DNA of 64,000 nt, taken from the NCBI GenBank assembly GCA_030141605.1, contig JAQGDQ010002375.1:1-64000 (forward strand), given 5' to 3'. Every line of letters starts with the position of its first letter. Within the stretch, counting starts at the first letter, position 1. Below, piece after piece: positions 10,860 through 24,000 of the stretch. Source of the DNA: Tubiluchus corallicola. Taxonomy: Eukaryota; Animalia; Priapulida. The position numbers were made by a program, and so were the translations under genes. The notes under the pieces are model-generated. The model searched no databases, had not been told where the DNA came from, and saw nothing but the letters and a program-made list of their open reading frames with translations.

Positions 10860-12750
10860 TAGAAACTCAGCTGTTGCCCAGGACCTATTAGAGCTGGTAG
10901 CAGCACTCCCTCATTTGCCCAAGTCTCTAGTTAAAAAGTCAGGAGAAAAGAGCAAAATTTTAAAAATGGCAGAAAAACAACAATCACAACATGTTGTAAA
11001 TAAGTTGAGTGAAATTTCTGCAAGCTGTTCAACATTTTCTTCAGGAAAGCCTTTTGCTTCCATGAAGTTGGTCTAGTGTGCTATAAGCTGATTATATTTG
11101 TCTATTAGGTTTTGTATGTTTTGAATTACCATACTTTCTAATTCCAATGAAAGAGACTGAGTACAACTTGTAAGTTCATAAGCATCTTGCAGTGATTCAC
11201 TTAATTCTTTCCAAGTTACTTCTATCTCTTTCCTCAACAAGATACCACTAACAGTTATCCATCATGGGAAAATGTATCATGAATGCTATCTACTAAAATA
11301 TGGTCAACTGATCTCGATCAAATTAGCAAATGAAATTCCACTAACTAATTGTCTTCAGAGTAAGAACACTGACGCAGCTGTGCCTTGAGCTATTTAAACA
11401 AATTCTGGAAAATTAGCACAAATTGTGAGCAAATTATATAAATTTTACGTGGGTAAAATATATTTTACTCCCACACAAAAGTATTGACACGGAGAAAGCT
11501 GATCGTAAGCTGAAAAATTTGGCTCATAAATTTTTACACGCGAAAACTTTCCATCCGTTTTTGAACGTCACCTGTTTTACTACTGCTTTTGAAGAGGGTC
11601 CACATTGACATGCTGTTCTTGTGTGATTCCGTCTCTTCGTGCTTTTGCATATCATGCATTGCGTCTTTCCATTTTTTAAATCTGACTTCAGTCCAAGTAA
11701 TCTGTCTTTGTTTACCAAAATGCCTGCATGCAAAACAAAATGCTGCGTCTGTCTGCTTCAAGTACTCCAGCCATGAGTGTTTCCCGAACCAACTATACTG
11801 AAAAGAACGAGCATTCTTTCCTTGGCCAGTTTTCGGATACTTCGTCATATGTGGTTGTCGTGGTTTCTCAGACACAGGCCCTAAGTCATTTGCTCTTGTG
11901 TTCATTTCTGAGTAGATTACTCCGGTTGTTTCTCGTCTTCTGTAACTTTTGAAACTGATTGATCCTTTCCACTGGCAGAGGCAGGATTATCTTTTTGGAC
12001 TTCTGCAGTGCATCTTTATATGCTGATTCCTTTTTACTTCCTTGGACAAAAAAGTCTAAAGCAAAAGTTTTCTGCCGTTTTCTAGGTGGTACAACTTTGT
12101 CGTCTTCCCTATTCCCAGACATGTTGCGCAGGTTTCTGAAACAATTTTGATTAATTTTTGTTCTATCACAAACCATTCAATATCACATGATATTCGACAC
12201 TCTGTAAAGTCCACATTCTATAAAGGCACGTTGATATACATTTTGCCAAGTAGCCCAAATTATACAAATACAGTTCAACAATGAAATTATATGAAACAAT
12301 AAAATGAAATTATTACTATAGTGTACTTACCAAATTTGTTTTTGGCGTGCTGTACCGTACAAAAGGTTTAGGCCTATTCCAAGTTCAGTGCCGTAACGCT
12401 GCTACACCATGGTACCTATACGCACAGGGGCACTCTCAAATTTCAGCATAGTACCGCTGCTACTCCTATAGCTGTGCACACAGACCTGTTGGCCTGTGTG
12501 TAGAAACTGTGACTGTGTGTGGTCCCTGTAGGCCTACACTGTGATAGGCACCTCTATGCACACTGAGTTTTGACTGCACACACATTGAAGCTACCAAACA
12601 TTTTTTACCTAATTCTAATTCATATTGAAAATGATTACATGCGAACTGCAATTTTCACTGCAAAAAAGTTATTTGTCCGATTTGGCAGGGGGGCGCAAAT
12701 TTTGACCGGGGGCGCGCCCCCTCGCCCCCCCCCCCCCAGTTCAGCCCCTG
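10860..12750 (-). mobile_element. Decayed hAT transposon with TTF-type zinc-finger transposase N-terminus
   Basis: ORFs 11886..12176 and 11534..11905 (PRQP...RSFQYSWFGKHSWLEY...DAAFCFACRHF...KWKDA...KHEETESH) match the TTF zinc finger of hAT transposases. The terminus at 12750 reads CAGGGGCTGAACTGGG on the minus strand. The 3' boundary is approximate. Confidence 0.75.
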
Positions 12751-15700
12751 CCGCCGAAGTTGTCAATACTGCCTTCATTCTAAGAGGCATACTGGAAATT
12801 AGGCATACCTAGGACCATTCATAGTGGTATTGGGTGGGAGGAAGTAGAGTCCAGCTGTCCCAGAACACGACATGGCACTCCAGATCATCTGACTTGGAGG
12901 GTGTTTCATGGTGGCTACAGTGTATCTCTCATCGAATCGCTTGCCTACTGGCCTCCTAACGTGCCTCTTTCGAGCTACAACCTGCTGTATGGTTGATTCA
13001 TCCGAGAACAAGACTTTGTTCCAATCCTGGATGGTCTAATCTCAATGTCGTTTTGCAAAGTTCAGTCTCTTCCGATTCATTACTGGCATTAGGCGTGGCT
13101 TACGGGCCGGCTTTCTGGCTTTAAGGCTAAACTCCTTGCTCAAACGCCTAGAAACTGTACTGGCACTCAATTCCAAGCCTGTCAAGCGCATCTGAGCCCG
13201 CATCTTCTTGCAGGAGCTCATAGGCGAGCATACCACCATGCGTCTCATGATGTGGTCGTCTCCTTGGGTAGTCTTCCGCGGACGGCCAGACAGTTTCCTA
13301 TCGCTGTAAGTGCCATCAGTCTCGAATTTGACAATAGCTTGGTGCACGGCTGTCTTGGAAAACTGTAATCTAGCACCTATCTCCCTTTCAGTATATCCTT
13401 CTTGATGTAAAGTCACGATTTTAACCCTCTGAGTCTCACTCAATGACGATTTTTTTTGCCCATTTTTTGGATCACAAGAAACATGCAAAAACGGCCGATC
13501 TGTATGGATAGCGGCAGGCAAATGAGTCACTCATACCGTAAAACGGGGTGAGTTCGCCACTTTTTATGGGTATTTTTTATGTTTCCTGCCATAGCAAGAG
13601 AATTACCCAACCGATTTTCTTAGTTCAAGCTTTATATTGTCTTTCGAATGAAACACTATCGTGGGGTGAATTCGCCACTAACAATTTAACACTGTTTAAT
13701 GCCATTCTAGGCAGTTGAAGTTAACTGGTTGTGATTGTTTGGTTGGGGGTGAGTTCGCCACCCTATGAAAAAATTATGAAAAATATCTAGTTTTAGCCGA
13801 ATTACGTGCAAAGTAGTATTTAAAATTTTAAAATAACAATGTACCTGTAAATATTTGTAGGATTTAAAGTACAGTGTAATAAAAAAAAGTTAGAAACTGT
13901 ATAACAGAAATTTGCTTCATGAACTATATTTCTTGTATGACAATAAAATAACAAGGTGCATGTACATGTAGATCAACACCGATAAAGTCTTAAATGTCTA
14001 CGCTGTTCAGGCACTGCACCCAGTTGGGCCCCGTATATCCCCGGTAATTCATTCCACATTGAAAGCAGATGTCCGTGTTCTCATCGGGAATATCCACTTC
14101 TGGATTTCCTGCAGCGTTAGTCGAAGTCGAAGGACCAGCTCCATCATGTCCATGGAAAGCGGCAGCTGCTAAATCAACTCCTGGTTTATGGCTAACCTTC
14201 TTCCCTATCTTGGGCTTCGTCGTTGTGCTTTCAAAAGAGCAATCAAAGGGTCATCCAAGTCCCTGCCAATGTTTGAGTTACCGGCATCTGGCAACCTCTT
14301 GGTCACTTCATCAGGCCTGAAGGGCACGTAGCCACACGCCCGGAAGCCAGATGGTAAGCTTTCGCGAAAGGCTTGGGAGGACTGATCCCAGAGGCTATTG
14401 AGAAGTTGCGGGAAAGTCTCTTTTGGTATGACCCCATTCCTTTTTGTCTCCATCCGCCACTTGTCCAGGATTCGCCTCCATCTGACTTTCAGGCCCTTGA
14501 AGACTGCCACGTCAAGCGGTTGATGAAGATGCGTGGCATTGGGGATCAAGCTTATGAAATGGATGTCATGTTCTCGGCACAGCCTGATTACCTCTGGAGA
14601 AAAGTGTGAAGCCAAGTTATCGCCAAGGAGAACTTTTTTCCCAAGAAGTTGGTTGGCATGAGGAAGAAATAAGGAGGTGAACCACCGCTCAAAGGTCTCC
14701 ATGTTGTACCACCCACTTGTTGTGCAATCATAGACAGTGCCTCGTGGACCTCCTTTTGTCCAGTTTTCGTAAATGTTCTTGGCTTTGTATACTACCATAG
14801 GTGGTAGCATCGTCCCGTCGGCGGCCCCGCAAGCCATCAGGGAAACGGCGACCTTGGAGTGGTCCTTGATGTTCTCGATGCGTCTTGTTCTCAGACGAGT
14901 AAGGATTACTTTGGCACTGGGGTTGTCGTCGTTGGTCTCGTCGAAGTTGAAAATGTTCGATGGTGGGACGTTTTGAATAAGGCTTGAACGTCTTGTGCAC
15001 TGATCTTCGCACGGGCGCCCTTGATGTTGCCAGCCACTCTGAAAACCAGATTGTTCCTTCGGGCGAATGATTTGACAAAATCTATTCCAGGGGTGTTTGC
15101 CTTGAATCGTCGTTCCTGGATTCCCTTCGCGTCAAGAACACTCTTAATCAGTAGTCAGAGATCGATGGCAGTCATTGGGAACCCTCACTCAGCGGCCACT
15201 TGGAGTGTGTTGGCAATTTCGTGCTCCTCGGCGGCGGAGAACACTGGCTGACCTCCGGTCTTCCACGGATGACTTCCTGAGAGTTTGTCAGAAAGGGTCT
15301 TTCTTGGAACTCCGAATTGCCTTGCCGTTGCGCTGATTGTCCTGTTGGTATTCTTGACGGCATGTAGGGCAGCTTCTGGGGTAAAATTTTGGTATCTATG
15401 ACCCGGTACAGGGGTGTAGGTGCGTGGCATGTTAATTAGCAAGAAATAGTAGACAAATAATATGTAGCGCAGAATGGAATACTTCTAGTGCAAATTGAAA
15501 GAAGATAACTGTTTATAATGACGGTGATCATGATATCTGTTCATTAAACACTGAACAATAGTTACAGCAAACCTACAATGGCCATTACGTCATCCATTAA
15601 GTAAGGCGTGGGGAACTCACCCCGTTTTACGGTACTCACTAGACATACTGTTTCAAACCACAGTATGATGCAATCAACAAAGAATCTGATGCAATCGGGG

Positions 15701-15759
15701 TACAGTATGATGAAAATCCCGAAAACTCGAGCTTCGTCTTAAACTTTTGCAAATGACTG
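12751..15759 (-). mobile_element. Tc1-family transposon (decayed), 3' part cut by the hAT and 5' UTR interrupted by the pogo element
   Basis: Transposase remnants 13042..13463 (HTH, SGRPRKTT...ARKPARKPRL) and 12799..13011 (VLFSDES...TMKHPPSQMIWSAMS...MNG). CAGTCATTTGCAAAAGTTTAAGACG TIR-like end at 15759 on the minus strand. Confidence 0.85.
13536..15632 (-). mobile_element. Full-length pogo/Tigger-family DNA transposon (2097 bp) with inactivated transposase
   Basis: TIRs CCGTAAAACGGGGTGAGTTC / GAACTCACCCCGTTTTACGG flanked by a TA duplication (13534-5, 15633-4). ORF from ATG 15430 has an HTH-psq/CENP-B-like N-terminus, then DDE_1 (FNFDET...LPPMVVY...LLGDNLASH...NATHLHQPLDVAVF), with stops and frameshifts. 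Confidence 0.92.
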
Positions 15760-15764
15760 GTCTA

Positions 15765-15935
15765 AACACTGGGTGTAAATATTCAATTTACACAACGAAA
15801 CTGTAATACTGAAAGGCCTATACTATATAACTGATAGTAACAGGTATAAAGACTGAGTGTAAATATTCAATTTACACAACGAAACTGTAATACTGAAAGG
15901 CCTACACTATGTAACTGATAGTAATAGGTCTACTG
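15765..15935. repeat. 84-bp tandem duplication containing a GTGTAAAT...ATTTACAC hairpin
   Basis: gtgtaaatattcaatttacacaacgaaactgtaatactgaaaggcct at 15773 and 15857. Confidence 0.8.
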
Positions 15936-17304
15936 ATAATACTGACGTGACCGAATACAATATGAAGTTCAACTGACAAATATAAGGCAAAAATTTTAAG
16001 CAAATACAAATTTAACTTGAAATGTAACTGTAATATGATTTGCTTACACAATCGAAGACGTCTTTTCGCTCTACTGAAGCTGCAGTATCACAGACTTGAC
16101 CTCTTCTTCACGAAAGAAAGGAACTGTAAAATGCTACTTGTGTTGACCAACTGTACCGATGGAAACGTGAACTGAATTTTCAGAACGTCCTGATGACATC
16201 TGTAAGCAGCTAAATGTGGGAATGAAGCATAAATCTCGTCCTATACCTGGTTGTATCATCTGAGACTCTCGTACTTCTTAAGCTGCTGACTGACGAAAAA
16301 TAACAATCTTTACACGACTGTCCATGATTGCTCCCAGTTTTCGTGCACCACATTTCGGAAACCATCCGATTTCAGCAATCCATAAATGTGAAATAGCGAA
16401 CACTGACATATTTTCCTTCTCAATAGATGATTTAAAAAGACAACTGTTTATTATAACATATAAACGCAAAATTGACAAAAATACAGCAAAGACAGAAAAC
16501 ACAAACACACTCCATCACCTCGTCTGGTAAAACTAGAACAAAAAATTTTCCACTCGCCAGATGCTCATGGCTAATCCAAACCTTTCTTGGTGTCACATGC
16601 CTCGCGTTCGCGACACCTGTCTTTCCAGCAAATGACGAAATGCATGCAACAACGGAAAACTAGTGGCATAAACATGAAATTGTGTTTGTGTGGTAATAAT
16701 TCTTTCATGTAATTTATTATTTAAAAAACAGTACGTTTTCTTTCAATATTTTAAGAACTATGTTGCTTTGACCTACAGTTTAAGATTGGGTGCGATTTTG
16801 CTTTAAAAACGACATAGAGATAGACATGCATGGACATAGAACATTTATTTTCTCCAATATATTTCCGAGTAGCACTTCTACCATTGGTAATTGATGATTA
16901 AATTTAACAAAAACTTTACCTTTACGAGGGGGAAATGGGCGTGTCCCCCCTCTGATATCCAGGTAAGCGCTTGTTTCAAACAAAACAGACAACGTGCAAA
17001 TAATAAAGGCAGGCAGGCGAAAACAAGTGCTTCAGACACGTGGATTAATCGGAACTCTAAATGCTTTTATAAAAACTTATAAAGATACAAAATGACACCA
17101 AACTGTAAAAAAATTAACACAAAAGCGGTTTTCTTTCCGTCTGCTAAAAAGTAGTTTCCAAGTCCTCCGCCTACTTGTCAAATAATTCCACATTAACAAA
17201 AAAAGAAGAAAATTGTTGTTCCCTACGTTTCTCGCGAATACTTAACTGATTCTCGACAACACATTTTCATTTAAAACAGTAAAGGTAAAGGCTGAATTAC
17301 GGTT

Positions 17305-19959
17305 ATGTGGCGAAGTCCTATTCAAACGTTTGTGTTGTTGTTACTGTTGCTGCTTCAGAGTAATTTCTGCTTTCCACAAAGTTTAAACATCACAAATGCT
17401 TTGAACAAAGATGACAAACAATTGAAAGATTTATACATTATGGCGTTGTTTCCCATGGAAGGTCTCTTCAAAGCTGGTAAGGCCTTAATTATAACCGTTA
17501 ATTATTGTAGTCTAAACTTTGGCAATTTTTTTCTGAGCCACCCGGTAGTATTTACCTCTTCTATGTTGTATAAATGTCTAGAACTAAAAAATAAAATAGT
17601 CTAGCTGCTGTAACCCAAATATGAAAAAGTATGTTTGCATTTCAAATCATGGTATGATGTGAATAAGGAATTTTTGTGACGAACTATCCCTATAGTACCT
17701 ACTGGCAGCCACTTTGCGCTGTTGTATATTCCTTTGATCTTTTTTGTTTTTAGTGTACACCTGGGAGAGCTGTTCATGTTATGTATGAGATGCTGCATCA
17801 GGAACCTGTTAAACTCGCAGTTCTAAGAGATCCTTATAGTCCAGTCAAGCGAGGCAACTGGGCAAACAGTTCACTTTTGGAATATTATTATAGTAAAGTA
17901 CTGTTTAAGTACATACATGTACTTTTATTGGAACATTGGGTGGTTTCTTGATGGAGAGAATTTTGCTTGCTCACACCGGAAATCATAAAAGGCGCGCGTT
18001 CTTCAATGTTACTTCGATGTACAGATGGTAACATTCCATCTTTTTTATTGTTTGTTCTTCTTGTATATCAGGCATCGAAAAAACGTGCATTCGAATGAAG
18101 AAAGAACAAAGAGAGAGAAGAGGGGACGAAAGAAGTGTGACAGTAATCGTAAATTAAACTTTTCTAGCAATAATTAAAATGGTTGAGCTATTCTGAACTG
18201 AATAAACAAATGAATGAATGAATGAATGAATAGAACAGTCATTCTTTGCCAGGCTCCCCGACACTAATCCACGATAATCTTATTTTAAGCCCAGCGAATG
18301 CGGCTGCTTGTTTTTATCATGCTACACGATTTCTCTTCAGCTTGCTTCTGAAATGAGGTGACTATATAGCTAATAAACATGTCTTCACCTTGCAAAATTC
18401 CATCTACAAACGTCTCAAATAGAAACAGTCTGTTACACTCAAATGTCGCCTTTAATGCCCAGATTTTTAGCAAAACAAAATGATTGTATTTGCAATGACA
18501 GCCATTTATTAATACACCTCATTATACTGCCAAACTCACTTGATGCTAACTTATTCTGTTAATGCTACAGAATAAGCAGTATGAAGCGGCTTGACTGTAT
18601 ACACAAAGTCCTTTATAACGAGCTCTGTTATAACAGAGATTTCCAGTAACTGTTACTCATTGCAATTTTACGGTAGGTACTTCAAAGGATAGGGCAGGTT
18701 CTACCATCATATCAAGGAATCTTCCCCATTTGTCAAGCACAATGGCCAACTGGTCTCGTCAGTGCATTATCCAATTCAATTCATTTTTTTCAATTCAAAA
18801 GTTTATTTATCCCCAATATAATATTTATAACACAATTACAACAAATTATGTAAAGTGACAAAAAGACCACAAAAGACCACGAGGCCATCGAGTCAGTCAC
18901 CCCTATATAACTTAGGAATAGTATAAAGGACTGCAGAGTACATGGTTAGGTGGATAATATGTAGTTAGATCTTAAGAGTAGCAAATGAACAAAATACAAT
19001 GCAGTTAAATTATGAATGTAATAATGGAAAAAAGGAAGAAAATAATGCAGTTAAATATTAAAAGCAAAGTAATCGAATATCAATGAAAGTGATGATGCAA
19101 GATGAGGACTAGGAAAAGTGGTGCCAGAAAGGAGCATGAACAACAAAAATTAATGCCATTAACAAATGGACAAGCAAAATTTTATTTAGTGAGACAACAA
19201 AATGTAAGGGAGATAAAAGAATAGCAGACTTTTTTATTTGTCGCATTGGTTTTTTAGACTGACATCAATGTGATGCAACAGGACAAGGAAAGAAGGCCGT
19301 GGCAGGACTGAGAAGGGCAGAATAAATAGAAAAGACAGAATCAAGATTGGGCAGGCTGGGAAAACCAATTTAGCATGAGATAAAACGAGACAAGTCAAAT
19401 GGGATAAGGAAGAACAGAACGTGGCATGACAGACAGAGAGATCAAGACAAACAGGAAACGATCTTATTTTGCTTTGGCAATCAAGATGCGGTATTTCACA
19501 AGAGTCGCTAAACGAGTAGAAGGTAGTGTCGAATGTGGTGCTGAAATTGGATAATTATTAGAATTATTTTTAATTCATTCAAAACTTAAATGCAGAATGT
19601 TCCTGTAATGTTGCAGATGAGAATTCCATGATGTAGGCAATTAATATTTACTGATATTGTCTTCTTTCATCTCAAATAGTATGCAGTGTTGCATTCAAAC
19701 ATCCTATCTTTTAAATTTCTTTTTTTTTGCTTTTTCCTAATTTTTGAAATTAATATTCAGTAATCAAAATTTTCTAATTTTAGTTCACATGTACGGTACC
19801 AGTGTCAATAACTTGAAGACATGACCATTCACAACATCGCCAAGGAGACGCAATGGGTATTCAACACACGTTCCTATGGGACTATCAATGCGGCAGTAAT
19901 ACTGGGAATGAATACACAGATTGTACCAGCAAGTGAGGGTTGAGGTTGCGGTAAAAGGG
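17305..19959 (+). pseudogene. GABA-B-receptor-like class C GPCR pseudogene (Venus-flytrap exons)
   Basis: Exon 1 encodes a signal peptide plus LYIMALFPMEGLFKAGKAL and is broken at ~17500 by a mariner-type end. Exon 17754-17892 reads CTPGRAVHVMYEMLHQEPVKLAVL...SPV/SEATGQTVHFWNIII with a 1-nt frameshift and resembles GABA-B [39 protein letters not shown]. Further frameshifted remnants lie at ~18677-18776 (FVKH..NWSR..IIQ) and 19784-19959 (QWVF...DCT.SEVEVAVKG). Confidence 0.65.
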
Positions 19960-21021
19960 GCAAGTAACATGTTATTACTACAACTTTGACAAAATAGGAT
20001 CAGGATTTTCTGATGTACTTTGTGTGCCTTTGATACTGAAGATTAATATCAAGTTTTATAAATAAGCCCTTTCATGGTTTCGCTATGCGCACTCGTAGTT
20101 GTTGTAGGTCAAAGGTTAACTAAACCCAGGGCATCTTACATAACAACAGTCACGTGCCTTTATGCACGTAACTACATGTATGTGAAACAAATGTGGTTAT
20201 TTTTATTACAATACTTATGTATTTAGTTTTAAACTGACATGTTATTCTTACTCGGAAACAACGGCTACCATCAGCAATGCATGTAAAATGAAATAACTGA
20301 AGCAATAATTAATTCCAAGAACTGATACTAAATACAATAACAGACCTTAAAGTATTGTCAAGTGTAAATAAATACATTTTTTGATTCAGATAACGTTGTT
20401 AGGTTTACCTAACCTTTGACCTTTTCACGATCATCATCAATCGCTGGAACTGTAAAAAGGCTTATGAGTGGTTCCCCATACATTTACTTGTGACATCATC
20501 CAAAGGAACTGACAAAAGAAATAGGCACACATTTTGGATTACAAATTTGAGATAAATAGAAGTGTGCGATAACTGCTGTAAAATGCATTATTAATAATAA
20601 AGTATTATGCAGTAATTTCAATAAAAAGTTTGAAAATTTGTCGATATAATATGATTTATGTTTTATTATTAAAAGATAAGCGTACAATTATAAAAAAGTG
20701 TTCTTAATGTATGTTTGTTTGCTATTTATGAATATTGTGTGAATATAAAATACTTCATTAACTGTTTGTAATCAAATTTATTCAATTATAAAATTGATGA
20801 ATTTGCATCACTTCTCTCTATAAATATGCTCTCGGTAAGTATGTATGTAGAACAATTTAGTACAATCTTTAGATAATGTGAGTTTAGCGACGTCCTGTCT
20901 AGCAGTTCCTACAATACCATGTCTGCTTTCTTACACACTTTTCCATCTCAAAACTAAGTTGTAACAAGACCACGACATTATGTGAATAATCGTGTCACAA
21001 ACATGGAGAAAATAAGTGACG

Positions 21022-24000
21022 TTATCTTTTTTTCCTGAAAGAAATTCAAAGCTTTCTTTAAAACAGTTGTATCAAACTTTGCTGTATAAGTTGACACACG
21101 GTAGCTAAAATGCTTATTACAAACAAAAACCCTAACAGTGCTCTAACCAAAACAAAAACTTGCCATACACTCTATAAACAGTGATTAATAATAATAATGA
21201 TAAATACATAAAATGCTCTTTCAATGCTTAAAAAGGTGAGCTTTCAGTTTCCTTTTAACGGAATTATAAATTTGAGCATTATCTAATTTCAGTTGGTAGT
21301 TTTATTCCAACACTTGGCACAATGCTTGAAAATTAGCAAACGATTTTGAAGGATGGTTTTAATTCAAACAAATGTTTCATCATACATTACATAATTTTAC
21401 ATTCATCAAGGTACTTTAGTAAATACACTAATAATGTGAGTGAACGTTGGTTCAGCTTGTTCCACTTATTGCACAAATAGTCAAGTACTCGTTGGCATAA
21501 AAGTATAATATATTGTTTTCTTCTCTTTGTAGTCTATTGTCGCCATGGTTCTAAAGTCTCATTTTATATTTTAAATTTTAAACTTCTGAGTTATAGATTG
21601 CATTAATTACACAGACGAGGGCTCCCTAATGGGTGTCGAAACATTTGTATTTGAACAAAAACCATTCACCCATTCAAACACCATGCACGCTTACTAATCT
21701 GAAATATTGTATTTGTTCTTTGTTTCTTTTACAGAGATTTTTTGGTCAAATAGCAATTGGTACAGTCAAGAAAATTTAGTTTCCTACAAAATTGTCATTG
21801 GAGGAATTCTGAAGAATTCAAATGGAGAAATTCAAACCATCTCCTGCCCGACCAGTTCATAATCACAAGTGATCTTTGCTTCTGATTCGTAATATTGTTT
21901 TTGTTCTCTTTTTTTAAACAAAAATGAAACCACCTGCCAATATTTCCTATCTTATGCTAATTCAAATTTGCCACTCAAAAGGTATGAAAATAAAAATTAC
22001 CATGTTGCCTTCTTTCTTGCACCAGGCTGTCCAGGCTTGTTCCTTTCTTTCCGACGTATGTCCCGGGTCAGTAACCCAACTACAAAAATAAATATGAATC
22101 AGTTACCATGACTGCAAAAAACACATTTCACTTTCTTGAAATATACAATACAAAGCACCGAACTGCACACATTCACAAGCCTCGATGTCTGACTTGAAAA
22201 CCATGACAAGAAAGTAACCGAAACTAATAGCAAGAATTTAAAATATGTATTCTTGCACATGTGTGTGCTTGCAAACCAAAACCATCCATAAGTCGGCATT
22301 GTTAGCACTACTGCAATTGAGAAAAACTTGCATTTTCAAACTCTGGTAGTAACTCATGGAAGCATTCATTTTGCTTCAGGTTTTCTCTGTTGCAAGCCCA
22401 GATTTTCACCAGCAAGAACCATCTACTGGATTCAAACATAACATCAATGTGTTTTTGCAAAGTCCGTAGCAACCAACATTTGTGCGGTTGCTAAGTGTTT
22501 CGTAGAAACGCGACAAATAACAATGGCTAACTTTAACAGAGATTTTCTCAAGATTATGTTTTTTAGTGTGCAGCATGTACCAAACTTCAACTCGGGATTA
22601 TCTCAGCTTAGAAATGACACAGAGTGATGAGCTTGGTATCAAAATAATCCTCATGAAATGGAGATTCAGAATATGTGAATAACTAGAAAGGCTTAATTGC
22701 CGACATGGATGATTTTAATAAGCGAGCACGCTTATATTGTGTGCGTTACTCTGACAATTACAACAAAAGTTAATATCATCATCAAATGCTCATTGCGTTT
22801 ACTGGAAGTTGAGCAGGGCAGAATTCTAAAATAAAATAAATTCCTCTCTCCACACAAATAAACATTGCAGTTAGTGACTTCTCGGCAACACTCCAATAAA
22901 CATTAAGATAAACCAGATCTCTTCAATCTATAGGAATCTTATCCTTAAAATAGGGAAGACAATCTATCGGCACTGATGCAGTTACGATCCAGAGAAAGCT
23001 TAATAGAGATACTTCAGTACTTTGCTAGTATTGTTTGCCCATACAATTCATCATTCACTGGCAATAGAAATTAATTATGGAGACGTAACCAAGCCCTACA
23101 GAACAATCACAGATTTAGCTACTATCACACATCGAAACATTAATTAACCAATACTAGAATTAGCTAGATGAATAACGTTTTTTTGCTAAGCATCTGCGAA
23201 TTGTGCAGAATACAGCAGTGGGAAGGCCGTGAAATGTTTCCATTAATTCATCTAAGTTAATGTACACTGGTTTTAACAAAAGCAAGCTTCTGAACTCAAC
23301 TGTATCCAACACTAATAGAATTACAGTATGATTGTTTTACTGTAAAAATACACAAATGTTTGTAGTGTTGTAAATGTAGAGTACCCGTCTGGTCGCCATG
23401 TTAATGTGCACATGAAACTAGTACATGGTAGCATTTTGATTCACTGCAAATTATATAGTTTCCTATTGTTTATGTCTTATGAGTATACTTTTATTTGCTT
23501 TTTTTAACTGTAATTAAAAAACTATGGTAATATAATATTTGGCATGGTGGCAAAATAAATGACTACATCTCAAACCATGCCTGAGCTAGACAGCTAGCCA
23601 GCACTCACCTAATCTCATTCGTTCCACTACATCTTTATCCACAAAACTACACAAGGCTAGCGACAGGGCGTGACGAATACTTCCGGACTGCCCGGTGGGA
23701 CCACCTAATGTTACGTATGCTTGTACATCTAATTTTCCTAGCATATCCGTGAACTGCAGGGGAAACAAAACTTGCTCTCTAAAAGAAAATATTAATCTTT
23801 TTAGTTTAAGACACATCAAGTGAAGAAACTAATTTGGAAAAAATTACAAAAAGGAAAATCTTTACCGCTTCAATCACTTGCATGTTTCACAGGGCTGCGA
23901 CTTTTGAAAATTTAAACAATAAAAATTTTTGTTTGCACAATTGTCGCCTGATTTTTAGCAAATTTTGGGCTTTTTTCTCAAGCAACAATCGTGAGAATGT

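Noticed and set aside
19784-19830. MAM-domain exon suggested by HMYG
   Set aside because: The remainder lacks MAM features; the frameshifted read fits the GABA-B-like context better.
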